A stretch of 64,000 nt of DNA from Lama guanicoe. Taxonomy: Eukaryota. The number at the start of each line of letters is the position of its first letter. The first letter of the stretch is position 1. Positions 53,895 to 64,000 of the stretch are shown here, in pieces. The notes under the pieces are model-generated. The model did no database searches, had not been told where the DNA came from, and saw only the letters and a list, made by a program, of their open reading frames with translations. Made by a program: the position numbers and the translations under genes. The DNA is taken from the NCBI GenBank assembly GCA_013239625.1, contig MU053557.1, forward strand, positions 1,619,063 to 1,683,062, given 5' to 3'.

Positions 53895-54829
53895 CTCTGG
53901 GAGAATGTGTTATACACACTGCCCCACAAGTTGGACACAATGAAATGTTCCAAACGGTACTGGCTTTTTAAAGGTTCCAAATAGTGTATAGCTGAGGGAT
54001 TTTCCATCAAAAATCTCCAGGCAGTTGAATCCCCTCACGTCATCACTTCACAAACTGCCAGCCCAACAGGGAAAGCCCATTATGAACCCTCCTGTTTTCG
54101 GGCAGGATGCAGTTTCCAAATCAGGTCGACAGTTGCCCACGAGACCGTCTGTCTCTCTCCCTCTAACCCAGTGTTTCTTCCCTCAAGCAAAAATCAAGCT
54201 TTTATTCAAAGACACAGAGGATTCAGTTTACTCTCAATGATTGAAGAATGAGTACATGAGTAATTAAAAATAAAAAACAAAACCCTGAAAGAAATCGATT
54301 GTTTCTACTAGGGTTTGGAATGAGTGTGGGGCTTGCATTTAAAGGTGGGTCTGTCTAGCATACTGAAAAAATGACTTGAGGCCAATCAGTGAAGGTCTCT
54401 GAATAAAATGGACACTGAAGCACCTGAAGACCTGATCTGTTTTCTCTCCCATCTTGGTCTACTTCATTCACTCACTCATCTACATCTAAGCACGCTGTGG
54501 AAGGTGTTGGAAATTAAGGGCATCAAAACAGTCCTTACCAGCAAGTTAACATTTACTAGACAGTGAGACTAGTGCTATGCCAGGGGGGAGCACAGAGTAA
54601 CTTCATAGCTATAAAAGTCACTAGTTACTGAGCTCTGCTCCACAGCAGTTCTGTGACTCATTGTGCTGTTTTCTTTCATTCAAGTCCCACAGGGTCCTTA
54701 TGGTCACAAATATGGAAACGGAGATTCAGAGGAAATGAGTCATTCAAGATCATGCATTTACTAAAGGCAGGGATGGAATTTAAGACCAGATCAACCCAAC
54801 TCCAAAATCTGATTTCTTAATTACTTTGT

Positions 54830-55105
54830 AATGCTCTCAAGAAAGCACAGTGAAAGGACACAAAAAGCTACAATCCAGGAGGTCTTCTTGGAGGAGGCAG
54901 CATCCTGAGTCTGAAAGGTATAAGTGATGGCTCAGGGGAAAGAGATGACAAGTGACTTCCTGGACCTGGACCAAGAAAGGCTGGAGAGCAAGCTGGTGGC
55001 AGTGCCAGGAAGAGGCCAGTGCAGCAGGCTAAGAAGATGGAGTTTGGCCCAGGAAGCCATGGGAAGCCACTGAATGATTTCAAGCACAGAAATTATATAT
55101 CTGAA
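54830..55105 (-). mobile_element. L2 fragment, left half of a split element
   Basis: ggagtttggcccaggaagccatgggaagccactgaatgatttcaagca; L2 text continues at ~57596. Confidence 0.75.
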
Positions 55106-55480
55106 TTTTATTTTTATTTTTTAAATTATTCTATATGTTTTTTTCTTGCTTTAAATTCAGCAAAATTATATTGTTGTAATCAAGTTTTTCACATACATTG
55201 TGTTTTATGAAGAGTAATGGCAAATTAGGTTATTTTCTTGGGACACTGTAGTTAACTTCTTATTTATTTACTTTTAGAGAAATTTGACTCTGCCAAAAGC
55301 AAGTGAAACTGTTGATAAAATTCTCTAAGGAATACTTAGATTCAGATGCAAACTGAATTTTGCATATCATGTTCTAACTTTGTAATGAGGTTCCATAACT
55401 TGTTACTGTTATCAGAGAAAAATTATAAAAATTTTATTTCATCACATGAATTGATGTCATTCATATTGCTATTGTCACCA

Positions 55481-55766
55481 TTTCTTCTTTTTATCAAAAT
55501 ATAGTTGATGTATAATATTGTATGTTACAGGTGTACAACATGGTGAGTCACAATTTTTAAAGGTTATACTCCATTTATAGTTATTATAAAATACTGGTTA
55601 TAGTCCCTGTATTGTTCAATATATCCTTGTAGCTTATTTTATACCTAATAGTTTGTATCTCTTAATCCCCTACCTCTACATTGCCCCTCATTCCCAACCA
55701 GTAACCACTAGTTTGTTCTCTACATCTGGAAGCTGCTTCATTTTTGTTATAGTCACTGGTTTGTTG
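55481..55766 (-). mobile_element. L1 3'UTR (non-inverted part of a twin-primed L1)
   Basis: Reverse complement of a 3'UTR like that at 23290-23588. Confidence 0.92.
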
Positions 55767-56567
55767 AAGGAAAACATCAACAAAATGAAAAGACAACCTA
55801 CAGAATTGGAGCAAATACTTGCAAATTATATGACCAATAAAGGGTTAATATCCAAAAATATATAAACAGCACATACAACCCCATATCCACAAAGAAAACA
55901 ACCCAATTAAAAAACAGGCAGAAGACTTGAACAAACATTTTTCCAAAGAGAAAATGCAGATGACAACAGGCACATGAAAAGATGTTCAATGCCACTAATC
56001 ATCAGGGAAATGCAAATCAAAACCACAGTGAGATATCACCTCACACCTGTCAGAAGGACTATCATCAAAAAGGCCACAAATAACAAATGTTGGCAAGGTG
56101 TGGGGAAAGGGAACCCTTGTACACTACTGGTGGAAATGTAAATTGGTGCAGCCACTGTGGAAAACAGTATGGAGATTAGTCAAAAAAAAAAAAACAACTA
56201 AAAATAGAACTACCATATGACCTAGCAATTCCACTCCTAGGTATATATTTTAAAAAAAAAAAAGAAAAACAAACACAAAGCAATAATTCAAAACAATACA
56301 CACATCCCAATGTTTATAGTAGCATTATTTACAATTGCCAAGATATAGAAGCAACTTAAGTGTCCATCAACAGATGAATGGATAAAGAAGATTTGATAAA
56401 CATATACAATGGAATATTACTCAACCATAAAAAAGAATGAAATTGTGCCATTTGTAACCACATGGATGGACCTGGAGTGTATTATGCTAAGTGAAATAAG
56501 TCAGAGAGAGAGACAAATACTGTATGATATCACTTACATGTGACTTTAAACAATACAACAAACTAGT
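55767..56567 (+). mobile_element. L1 ORF2 end (inverted part of a twin-primed L1)
   Basis: KENINKMKRQPTE motif; stops at caacaaactagt, the L1 position where the minus part begins. Confidence 0.92.
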
Positions 56568-56570
56568 AGA

Positions 56571-57324
56571 TTTTACAGCAAAAGAAACCGTAAGTAAAAT
56601 AAAACGACAACCTACGGAATGGGAGAAAATATTTGCAAATGATGCAAATGATATGGTTTTGATTTGCAATTCCCTTTAATTTCCAGAATAGATAAACAGC
56701 TCATATACCTTAATAACAAAAAACAACCCAATCCAAAATGTGCAGAAGACCTAAACAAGCAATTCTCCAGTGAAAATATACAAATGGCCTATAGGCATAT
56801 GAAAAAATGCTCAGCATCACTAATTATCAGAGAAATGTAAATCAAAACTACAATAAGGTATTAACTCACACCAGTCAGAATGGCCGTCATTAAAAAGTCC
56901 ACAAAAAATAAATGCTGGAGAGGGTGTGGAGGAAAGGGAACCCTCCTACACTGCTGGTGGGAATGTAGTTTAGTGCAGCCATTATGGAAAACAGTATGGA
57001 GATTCCTCAAATAACTAAAAACAGACTTACCATATGATGCAGCAATCCCACTCCTGGGAATATATCAAGAAGGAACTCGAATTCAAAAAGATATATGTAC
57101 CCTGATGTTCACAGCAACACTTATTTACAATAGCCAAGACACAGAAGCAAACTAAATGTCCATCAACAGATGACTAGATAAAGAATTTGTGGAATATTTC
57201 TACAATGGAATACTCAGCCATAAAAAAGAATAAAATATGGATGGACCTGGAGATATCATTCTAAGTGAAGTAAGCCAGAAAGAGAAAGAAAAATACCATA
57301 TGATATTGCTCATATGTGGAATCT

Positions 57325-57359
<35 letters not shown>

Positions 57360-57595
57360 GGACACTAATGAACTCATCTACAAAACAGAAACAGATTTGT
57401 AGACATAGTAAACAATCTTATGGTTACCAAGGGACAGGTGGTGGGAAGGGATAAATTTGGGAGTTTGAGATTTGCAAATGTTAATCACTATATATACAAA
57501 TAGATAAAAAGCAAATTTCTTCTGTATAGCACAGGGAAGTGTATTCAATATCTTATAATAACCTTTAATGAAAAAGAATATGAAAATGAAAAAAA
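56571..57595 (+). mobile_element. Second 5'-truncated L1, ending early at an internal A-rich stretch of the 3'UTR
   Basis: Colinear with the 4180-5145 region of the L1 at 3952; ends gaatatgaaaatgaaaaaaa without the terminal ~90 nt. Confidence 0.92.
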
Positions 57596-57800
57596 GAAAG
57601 ATTGTTCTGGCTGCTCTGTGAAAAATGTATCAAAGGGTAGCAAAACTGGATCATGAGAGAGATAGCCAGGGAATAACAATACCCATGATAATGACAGCAG
57701 CTTATAGTCAGTGTCACGGTAACTAAAGAGGAAAAGAAGCTAGTCTGAGAGGCTGTGTAGAGTGCAACCATCATAGAGCTAGTGAATGGTGAAGTTAGGA
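57596..57800 (-). mobile_element. L2 fragment, right half of the split element
   Basis: gaaagattgttctggctgctctgtgaaaaatg is the expected continuation of the L2 that ends at 55105. Confidence 0.75.
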
Positions 57801-58077
57801 AAGATGACTTCTCTTATTGGAAAAATAAAATTTTCTCATTTGGAAAACTCTTCATTAATTTTGTAGTGTTCTACTACATAGAAATAACTAACCAAAAGCC
57901 AACTGAGATATCTTGTTCATTAATCACCCTTTAAATATAAAATAAACCACTTAATACTGAACAATGGCAAGGAAAAAGAACAATGTCTCAGATTCATATG
58001 GTCAATAACAGTAGAATAACATATAAACTCTTCTCCTTAAAAATAATCTATACAGGTATTGTTCCTTAAACATCATT

Positions 58078-58337
58078 GAGACAGGAAAGGAAATGTCTAT
58101 GACTATGAAAAGGTGGCACAAGGAATCCTCGTGATGGAAATGTTCTGTATCTTGTCTGCGGTTGTGGTTACACAAACCCACACAAGATAAAATCGCATAG
58201 CACTAAATCCACACACACACGAATATACACACACAAATGAGTTACATGTCAAACTGGTGATCCTCGTGATGGAAATGTTCTATACCTTGACTGCAGTGGT
58301 GGTTACGCAAACCCACACGTGATTAAAATCACACAGA

Positions 58338-58385
<48 letters not shown>

Positions 58386-58580
58386 TACCATGTAAAACTG
58401 GTGAAATCTGAATATCGTTGGTAGATTGCACCAGTGTCAATTTCCTGGTTACAATATTGTACTATAGGTTATGCAAGATGTTGCCATGGAGGGAAACAGA
58501 ATGAAGATGCCACAGGATCCCTATGTATCATTTCCTACTCCTCAGTGTGGATCTACAGTTATATCAGAATAAAATATTTT
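58078..58580 (+). mobile_element. L1MD/MC-type 3' end with an internal tandem duplication and (CA)n
   Basis: gtgatggaaatgttctgtatcttg...aaactggtgaaatctgaata...tgtcaatttcctggtt...atgcaagatgttgccat. Confidence 0.85.
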
Positions 58581-58598
58581 TCAATAATCTAGAATAAT

Positions 58599-58815
58599 CA
58601 GTGGTTCTCAATTTACTTTGAGTTACAGGGAGAATCTGGCAAAAAAAAACTACAGCATTTTCCTACAAAAACGCACATATATTTTCCATACAGTTTCATA
58701 ACATTCATGAAGTCCCTGAAATTCCTCTGACTCTCTATACTTAGCCATCATACAGATCCAGACAGATACCCAAAGCTGCTGCTTTGTCCTTCCAAGGATA
58801 CTCCTGTGTTAAGAG
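58599..58815. mobile_element. MER117-like hAT-Charlie element
   Basis: cagtggttctcaa...gagaatctg...aaaaacgcacata...ttcatgaagtccctgaa. Confidence 0.5.
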
Positions 58816-60494
58816 CTTTTTACCTAAGAACAAGACTTATGTTCAAATAACAGTTCTAGAACTCTACCACTGACCTTGGGCAAATCATTTAACCCCTCTG
58901 TGTCTCAGTCTCCTCATCAGTAAAATGAAATGTGTAATTTCACATATCCTTATAAGGATGAAATTAGTTAACACAGTAAAACACTTACAAGAGGACCATG
59001 CACATAATAAGCACTCAAAAAAACGTTAACTGTTGTTATCCATAAGGCTGCCATGTATCAGTTCCTTCCAGTCTCTCCCAGCTTCATTTCGTCCTATGTT
59101 CCCAGTCCTATGCTCTGCTTGAACCGTAATTTCTCCCATGTCAGAATTTTTGTATATATTGTCCCCTCCCCCAACTTCCAGCTATTCACCCTCATTCAAC
59201 ATGCTAACCTTTCCCTTTCATCCATCTGATCTCAATGCAAGCGTCACTTCCCCAGGGGAATTCCTTCCTGACCTCACTGACAAGGTCAAGTATTCCTTTT
59301 ATAAGCCCTTATGAAGCTCAGCACCACACAGTATCTATATTAGATGTAGTTTCATTATATATCTGAAGTGCTATGTGATTGCATATGCCTCTGCACTAGA
59401 TTTTAAATTCCATGAGAAAACCTACATCTGACTCTGCTCTCCAGAGTGTCCTCAGCACTTACCATAAGCCTAGGATCACTATAAATACTCAAGAACCATT
59501 TCTTGCATATGTAAATGAATAAGCCTATAATGACAGAAGCTAATAGATACACCAATACTTTATCAAGAAGGCTCTTCACCCAACAGAGTGTAGGTTTCCT
59601 TTCCTGTCATCATTTCAGAAAAGAGAACATTTCTACGCAAAAGGATCTTACATTCCGTCTAGTATTTCCATACCTTTCATCTCTACGCTTTACCATAGTG
59701 AAAAGGACTCTAATTCACTCACTCTTTGTAAGTTACACTGGAATACATGAAAAATAATACAGCCATAGACAATCAAAATGCCATCTTGCTTTGGGCCACA
59801 CCCCTTCATTCTGAACTAAACACACACACAGTCTCTCATTTACACACACAAGAGACCCAAAGAGAAAATTAAATTTCCTCAGGTCTTTTCAGGAATCAGA
59901 TGCATACCTCATCAATGTTTATTCATCTTCCCACTGTACTGATTTTCAAGGAAGTAAATGGCATTTAATGAGGAAAAAAGAGCAACTTAGAAAAAGAGAA
60001 AATGAAGCTTACCATCAGGCTCTCCTCCATCCCCCAATTATACTCTTAATCTTTCTAGACACTTTGCCCAACATCTCCTTCAGTTTTCCCTGCTAAGGCA
60101 TATTAGCAGAAAGGCCCCACAGTTGGATTAATTGGATCAACACTGAAGTTTTCATTTGTTATGTGAGTTTAACAAATTAATCTGGCATATAATGAAATAT
60201 TGTGAAACAGTTTCAGAATGGATATTGCAAATACTGCCTTGTTCAATTACTGTCAAAATGTGCATACAGGAAAAATATGAAAATCTGAACATATAATTGC
60301 AGACTTAATTACCACTCTGTACTAACCAGAGGCAATCATACTGAATTTGTCAAAGCATTTAAACTAGTTATAAAGTCTCTGTATAATTCCAAGAAAAGGG
60401 AATACATGAGCAAACACTAAACAGACTTGACTAACTCAGTCTTTCTCATTTTCCTGGAGTTGAGAAGAAGACACAAGAAATGCTGGTTAACCGG

Positions 60495-60647
60495 AGCACA
60501 GGGAGTTGTTGATCCAAAGGTACAAAGTTTCAGTCACATAGAGTGAACACGCTCTAGAGATTTAATGTCCAGCATGCTGACTATAATTAATAATATAGTA
60601 TTGTAAACCTGATATTTACTAAGAGTAGATCTTAAGTGTTCTCATCA

Positions 60648-60687
<40 letters not shown>

Positions 60688-60695
60688 TGGTAACA
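60495..60695 (+). mobile_element. L1MA-type 3' fragment with a (CA)n microsatellite at 60650-60684
   Basis: aaaggtacaaagtttcag...ctaagagtagatcttaagtgttctcatca(ca)n aatggtaac. Confidence 0.85.
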
Positions 60696-62299
60696 ACAAT
60701 AACAATAAAAACTTAACTTCACTCTTTTAAACCAAATGATCATCTCGAAACTTAACATGGAAATGACACATATATTGAACCCAACAGGCCTGGTTTAGAT
60801 TTCAACTCTATGGCCTTGGGTCTCTGAGTCTCATTTTTCTTAGCTGTAAGGAGGCACTGAAAATACCTACTTCACAGTGTTTTTGTGTTTAGGATAATTA
60901 TAATAGCAACAATAACAGTAACAGCCACAGGAGAGGAGCCAGGCCCTGACCTCACCACCGCCCACTGTGGTGGGACAGTTCTGGAGAGATGGACCAGATA
61001 TCTGGGCAGGTGGAGGTGTTTTCGTCTAACAGACCACCACCTGCAAGCACACCTAGAAGCACTTGTCCTTCAGCTATTACCTGAGGTGAGAAAGTGGGGC
61101 AGGCTTGAGGGCTGCCCGGCTGAAACTGGGTTCCTGTGCAATTCTCTGCACAGCCTCTTCTTTTGCAGGGAGAGATCTGATGATGAAATATCTCAGAACA
61201 AGGAACCAACCTGGGTGTTCACAAAGCCAAGTTGGAGTCACAAAGCAAGCTGAACAATTGAAAATGTCCCAGGTGGGAACAAAGGCTGTGTATCCTGGTG
61301 TGGCTTGAGTATGGTTCATTTAATTTCTGAATTGAGACTACTGAAAAACCAAAAGGCATAATGTAGAACCAGCACTTGTCAAGCACCTACTGTATGCCAG
61401 GAACTTCTGTCATCTCATCTTCATCTGTGAAATGGGGATGATGACAAAAAAATAACACCAAACTCTCTAGCTTAATTAAGGATTTAAAAAATGGTGCACG
61501 AATGATCAGACCAAGATTTTTCAAGAGACCACAATTATGAATCAGCTCTTAGAATTTAATGGTTTACAAAGTATTTTAATGTATATTATCTCACTTGAAT
61601 TATCCTGAGCACTGTGATTATGTGTGTAATTTAACAATCCTGTCACTTGTCCTCAATGATAGATAATTCACTTCCTAATGAGTACTGACTGGGTGTCTAC
61701 TATATCTTACTGTTCTAAGCACAGGAATACAGCTTCCTGTACAGGAGACAACACTGCAGTGACAGATATCAACAACAAAAACATATGTGTTACAAAGTAA
61801 ACAAAATATTATGTGATACAGAATAACTGGGTGTCTACTTTAGATTAGGTGACCAAGAGCTCTCTGAAGAAACACTATTCGAGTACAAGCCCTGAAGTCC
61901 CATGTTTGTAAGCCTGAGAAATGTCTTATTCCTACATGCTTAGTAATTTCTTGATTAAACTACTGGGGTATAGTTAACTCCATGGACAACAATCAAAATA
62001 CCTGAGGTGGTCATTTATTTCAAACTTCTTCCTGATCACACCTTCACCAGAGAAAGTGCCATACAACCACAATGATCTGCTTAACTAAAAGCAGTAATTC
62101 GCAGTAGAATATTATTTTTCACTCTCAGATACTGTTCCAAATGTTTCTCCTTTGACTCTGAGATGTGGGTATTGTTGTTTCTGTTGAGCAAGTGAGGAAG
62201 CTGTGGATTGCCTCAGGTTATACAGCAAATGGGTGATGACAAATTCAAGGCTGCTAACTATAATTCCTTTTCCCAAATATACTTCTACAAGAGAGAGAA

Positions 62300-63010
62300 C
62301 AAAATCCATTTAACTTAATCAACACGTATGAAGTTTCTATACTTGTGTTGTTCATTGCCAATGGATGGTGATGGCTCAAAGGGAGAAAGACAGAAACTCT
62401 GACCTCCTCAAGCTCCCAGTCTAGCCAGAAAAACATTTAAATAATTAAATATAAAATCATTAGGAAAGTAAAACACCTTGGGGAATAAGGGATGAAATTT
62501 CCCAAGAGCAGCCTGGGACCTGGGCCTTGAAGGATGAAGAGGGGTTTACCAAAGAGAGAATGAAGCCAGAGGGTTGGTCTAGAGAAAAGTGACAAAAGAG
62601 AAGTAGAAACAGAAAAGATGATGATGACTTAGGAAAGCAGCCATCAGACTCTGGTGACTGAGGCAGAGGATGCGTCTGTAAACCAAGCAAGAGCCAAATT
62701 ATCAGTGTCGCTGAATGACAGGCTAAGAAACTGGGACTTTGTTCTGTTTGAAATGGAACTCACCGGAGCACTGAGAGCTTGTGAGTAACAAAATACAATC
62801 AACACAGTAGAAAAGGCCTTCCAGGGGTAGAGAAGAGAATGAGTTGCAGCCAGGTGGCAGCTGGTAGCACAGCAGCAGCCTAATAGTTATAATCGTCCAA
62901 GGAGAAACGCAGAGGTCTAGAACCAGGACAGTGCCAGTTAGAAGGCAGCTAACAGTCCACCTTGGATGGAGAAATAATGGGCAAAGGAGGAAGCAAGTGT
63001 CTAGATGCCA
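62300..63010 (-). mobile_element. L2 LINE fragment
   Basis: cctcctcaagctcccagtctag...gggccttgaaggatgaagagggg...caggctaagaaactgggacttt...tagaaccaggacagtg. Confidence 0.7.
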
Positions 63011-63079
63011 TTCCTTAATCCAAGCCCTCCCCAGGTACTGGCCTAGTCTTGAAAGATGTGTATTATTTTCTTTTGTATA

Positions 63080-63285
63080 ACTTTTTTTATTGAAATAGTC
63101 TATTTACAATGTGGTGTTAATTTCTGGTGTACAGCATTAGTGATTCAGATATATATATAGATATCTATCTATCTATATATACACACACACATTTTTTCAT
63201 TCTTTTTCATTATAGGCTATTACAAGGTTTTGAATATAATTCCCTGTGCTGTAAAGTAGGACCTTGTTTATCTATTTTATGTAGT
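63080..63285 (-). mobile_element. L1 3'UTR fragment with a probable TSD
   Basis: polyT then attgaaatag...tttacaatg; gtattatttt(t)ctttt flanks both sides (63060 and 63284). Confidence 0.88.
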
Positions 63286-64000
63286 ATTATTTTTCTTTTA
63301 ATTGGAAGCCAACTCTCTGAAAGAACACTGCAGCCCTGAGCTTTAATTCTCCTGTGCTTTAGCATCCATATAGACACATACATTCAGCCTCTGAGAAGCA
63401 ATTTGATCTACCTCATTATGTAGATGGTGGTCATTTGTTGCACGCCTCCATGGTATTAACAAATACTTCCCAGGCCAGGCGTCATCATGCAATGCACAAG
63501 CGGGCATCATCCAATTGTGAGTCTGCTGGGGAAGTCTGAGTTAGACAGCTCCTGATTCCCACCTTGAGTTGCGATGCTGGGGCGCTGGCCTCTGGCTGTT
63601 CCGACACTGACTGAAAGGCATCGCCCACTTCCTCGCTGACTTTCCCTCTCCTAAGAGACTGCTTTGACAAGTGAGGGTAATTGTTGTTTACTTCTAGCTA
63701 GGGTCAAAAAGCTGTGTTTTGCTGGGCACATGTGGTTCAGCCACTTGCCCCAAAGGGTGAAGGTTCACAACTCCAACCTCGATAATTGAAAAAAAGGGTC
63801 AGAAAACAATCTTGCAAGTCTAAGCCCACACTGGGAATGTGACTCACCTCAAAGCTGTTTTCACTGAGCTTATACCAGGAAGAAAGGAAAAGGGAATCAG
63901 GAAGGAGCATTGTTCACAATGATTTGTGCTCATAAATGACGCACTGTTCGAGCCATCTTCCCAAGCTCCTCAAATCCTCTATTCTGGGCATGGAAACACA

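Overview
This is 64 kb of AT-rich mammalian genomic DNA, most likely camelid, judged from a tRNA-Ala(AGC)-derived Vic-1-type SINE at ~48.7 kb and no Alu, B1, Bov-tA or PRE1 SINEs that I could see. I recognise no host protein-coding exon. The ORFs with recognisable homology are all LINE-1 ORF2 fragments or their antisense shadows. The window is a mosaic of 5'-truncated L1s, ancient MIR/L2/L3, MaLR/ERVL solo LTRs and MER DNA transposons, separated by repeat-free blocks that look like regulatory or conserved non-coding sequence. All long L1 segments lie on the + strand, which suggests an intron of a gene transcribed on the - strand. The most notable structure is a composite insertion at 55.1-57.6 kb that splits an L2: a twin-primed (5'-inverted) L1 carrying a probable ~360-bp 3' transduction, followed by a second L1. 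Other observations are a probably chimeric L1 with an uninterrupted ORF2 C-terminus, a nested L1 with a fold-back 5' junction, a 130-bp foreign insert inside an L1, a 43-bp near-identical tract shared by two L2 remnants, perfect hairpins, RFX/CRE/CTCF motif candidates and candidate minus-strand non-coding exons. I found no convincing novel protein-coding system. Repeat family names were recognised by eye and need RepeatMasker/Dfam confirmation; boundaries are approximate.
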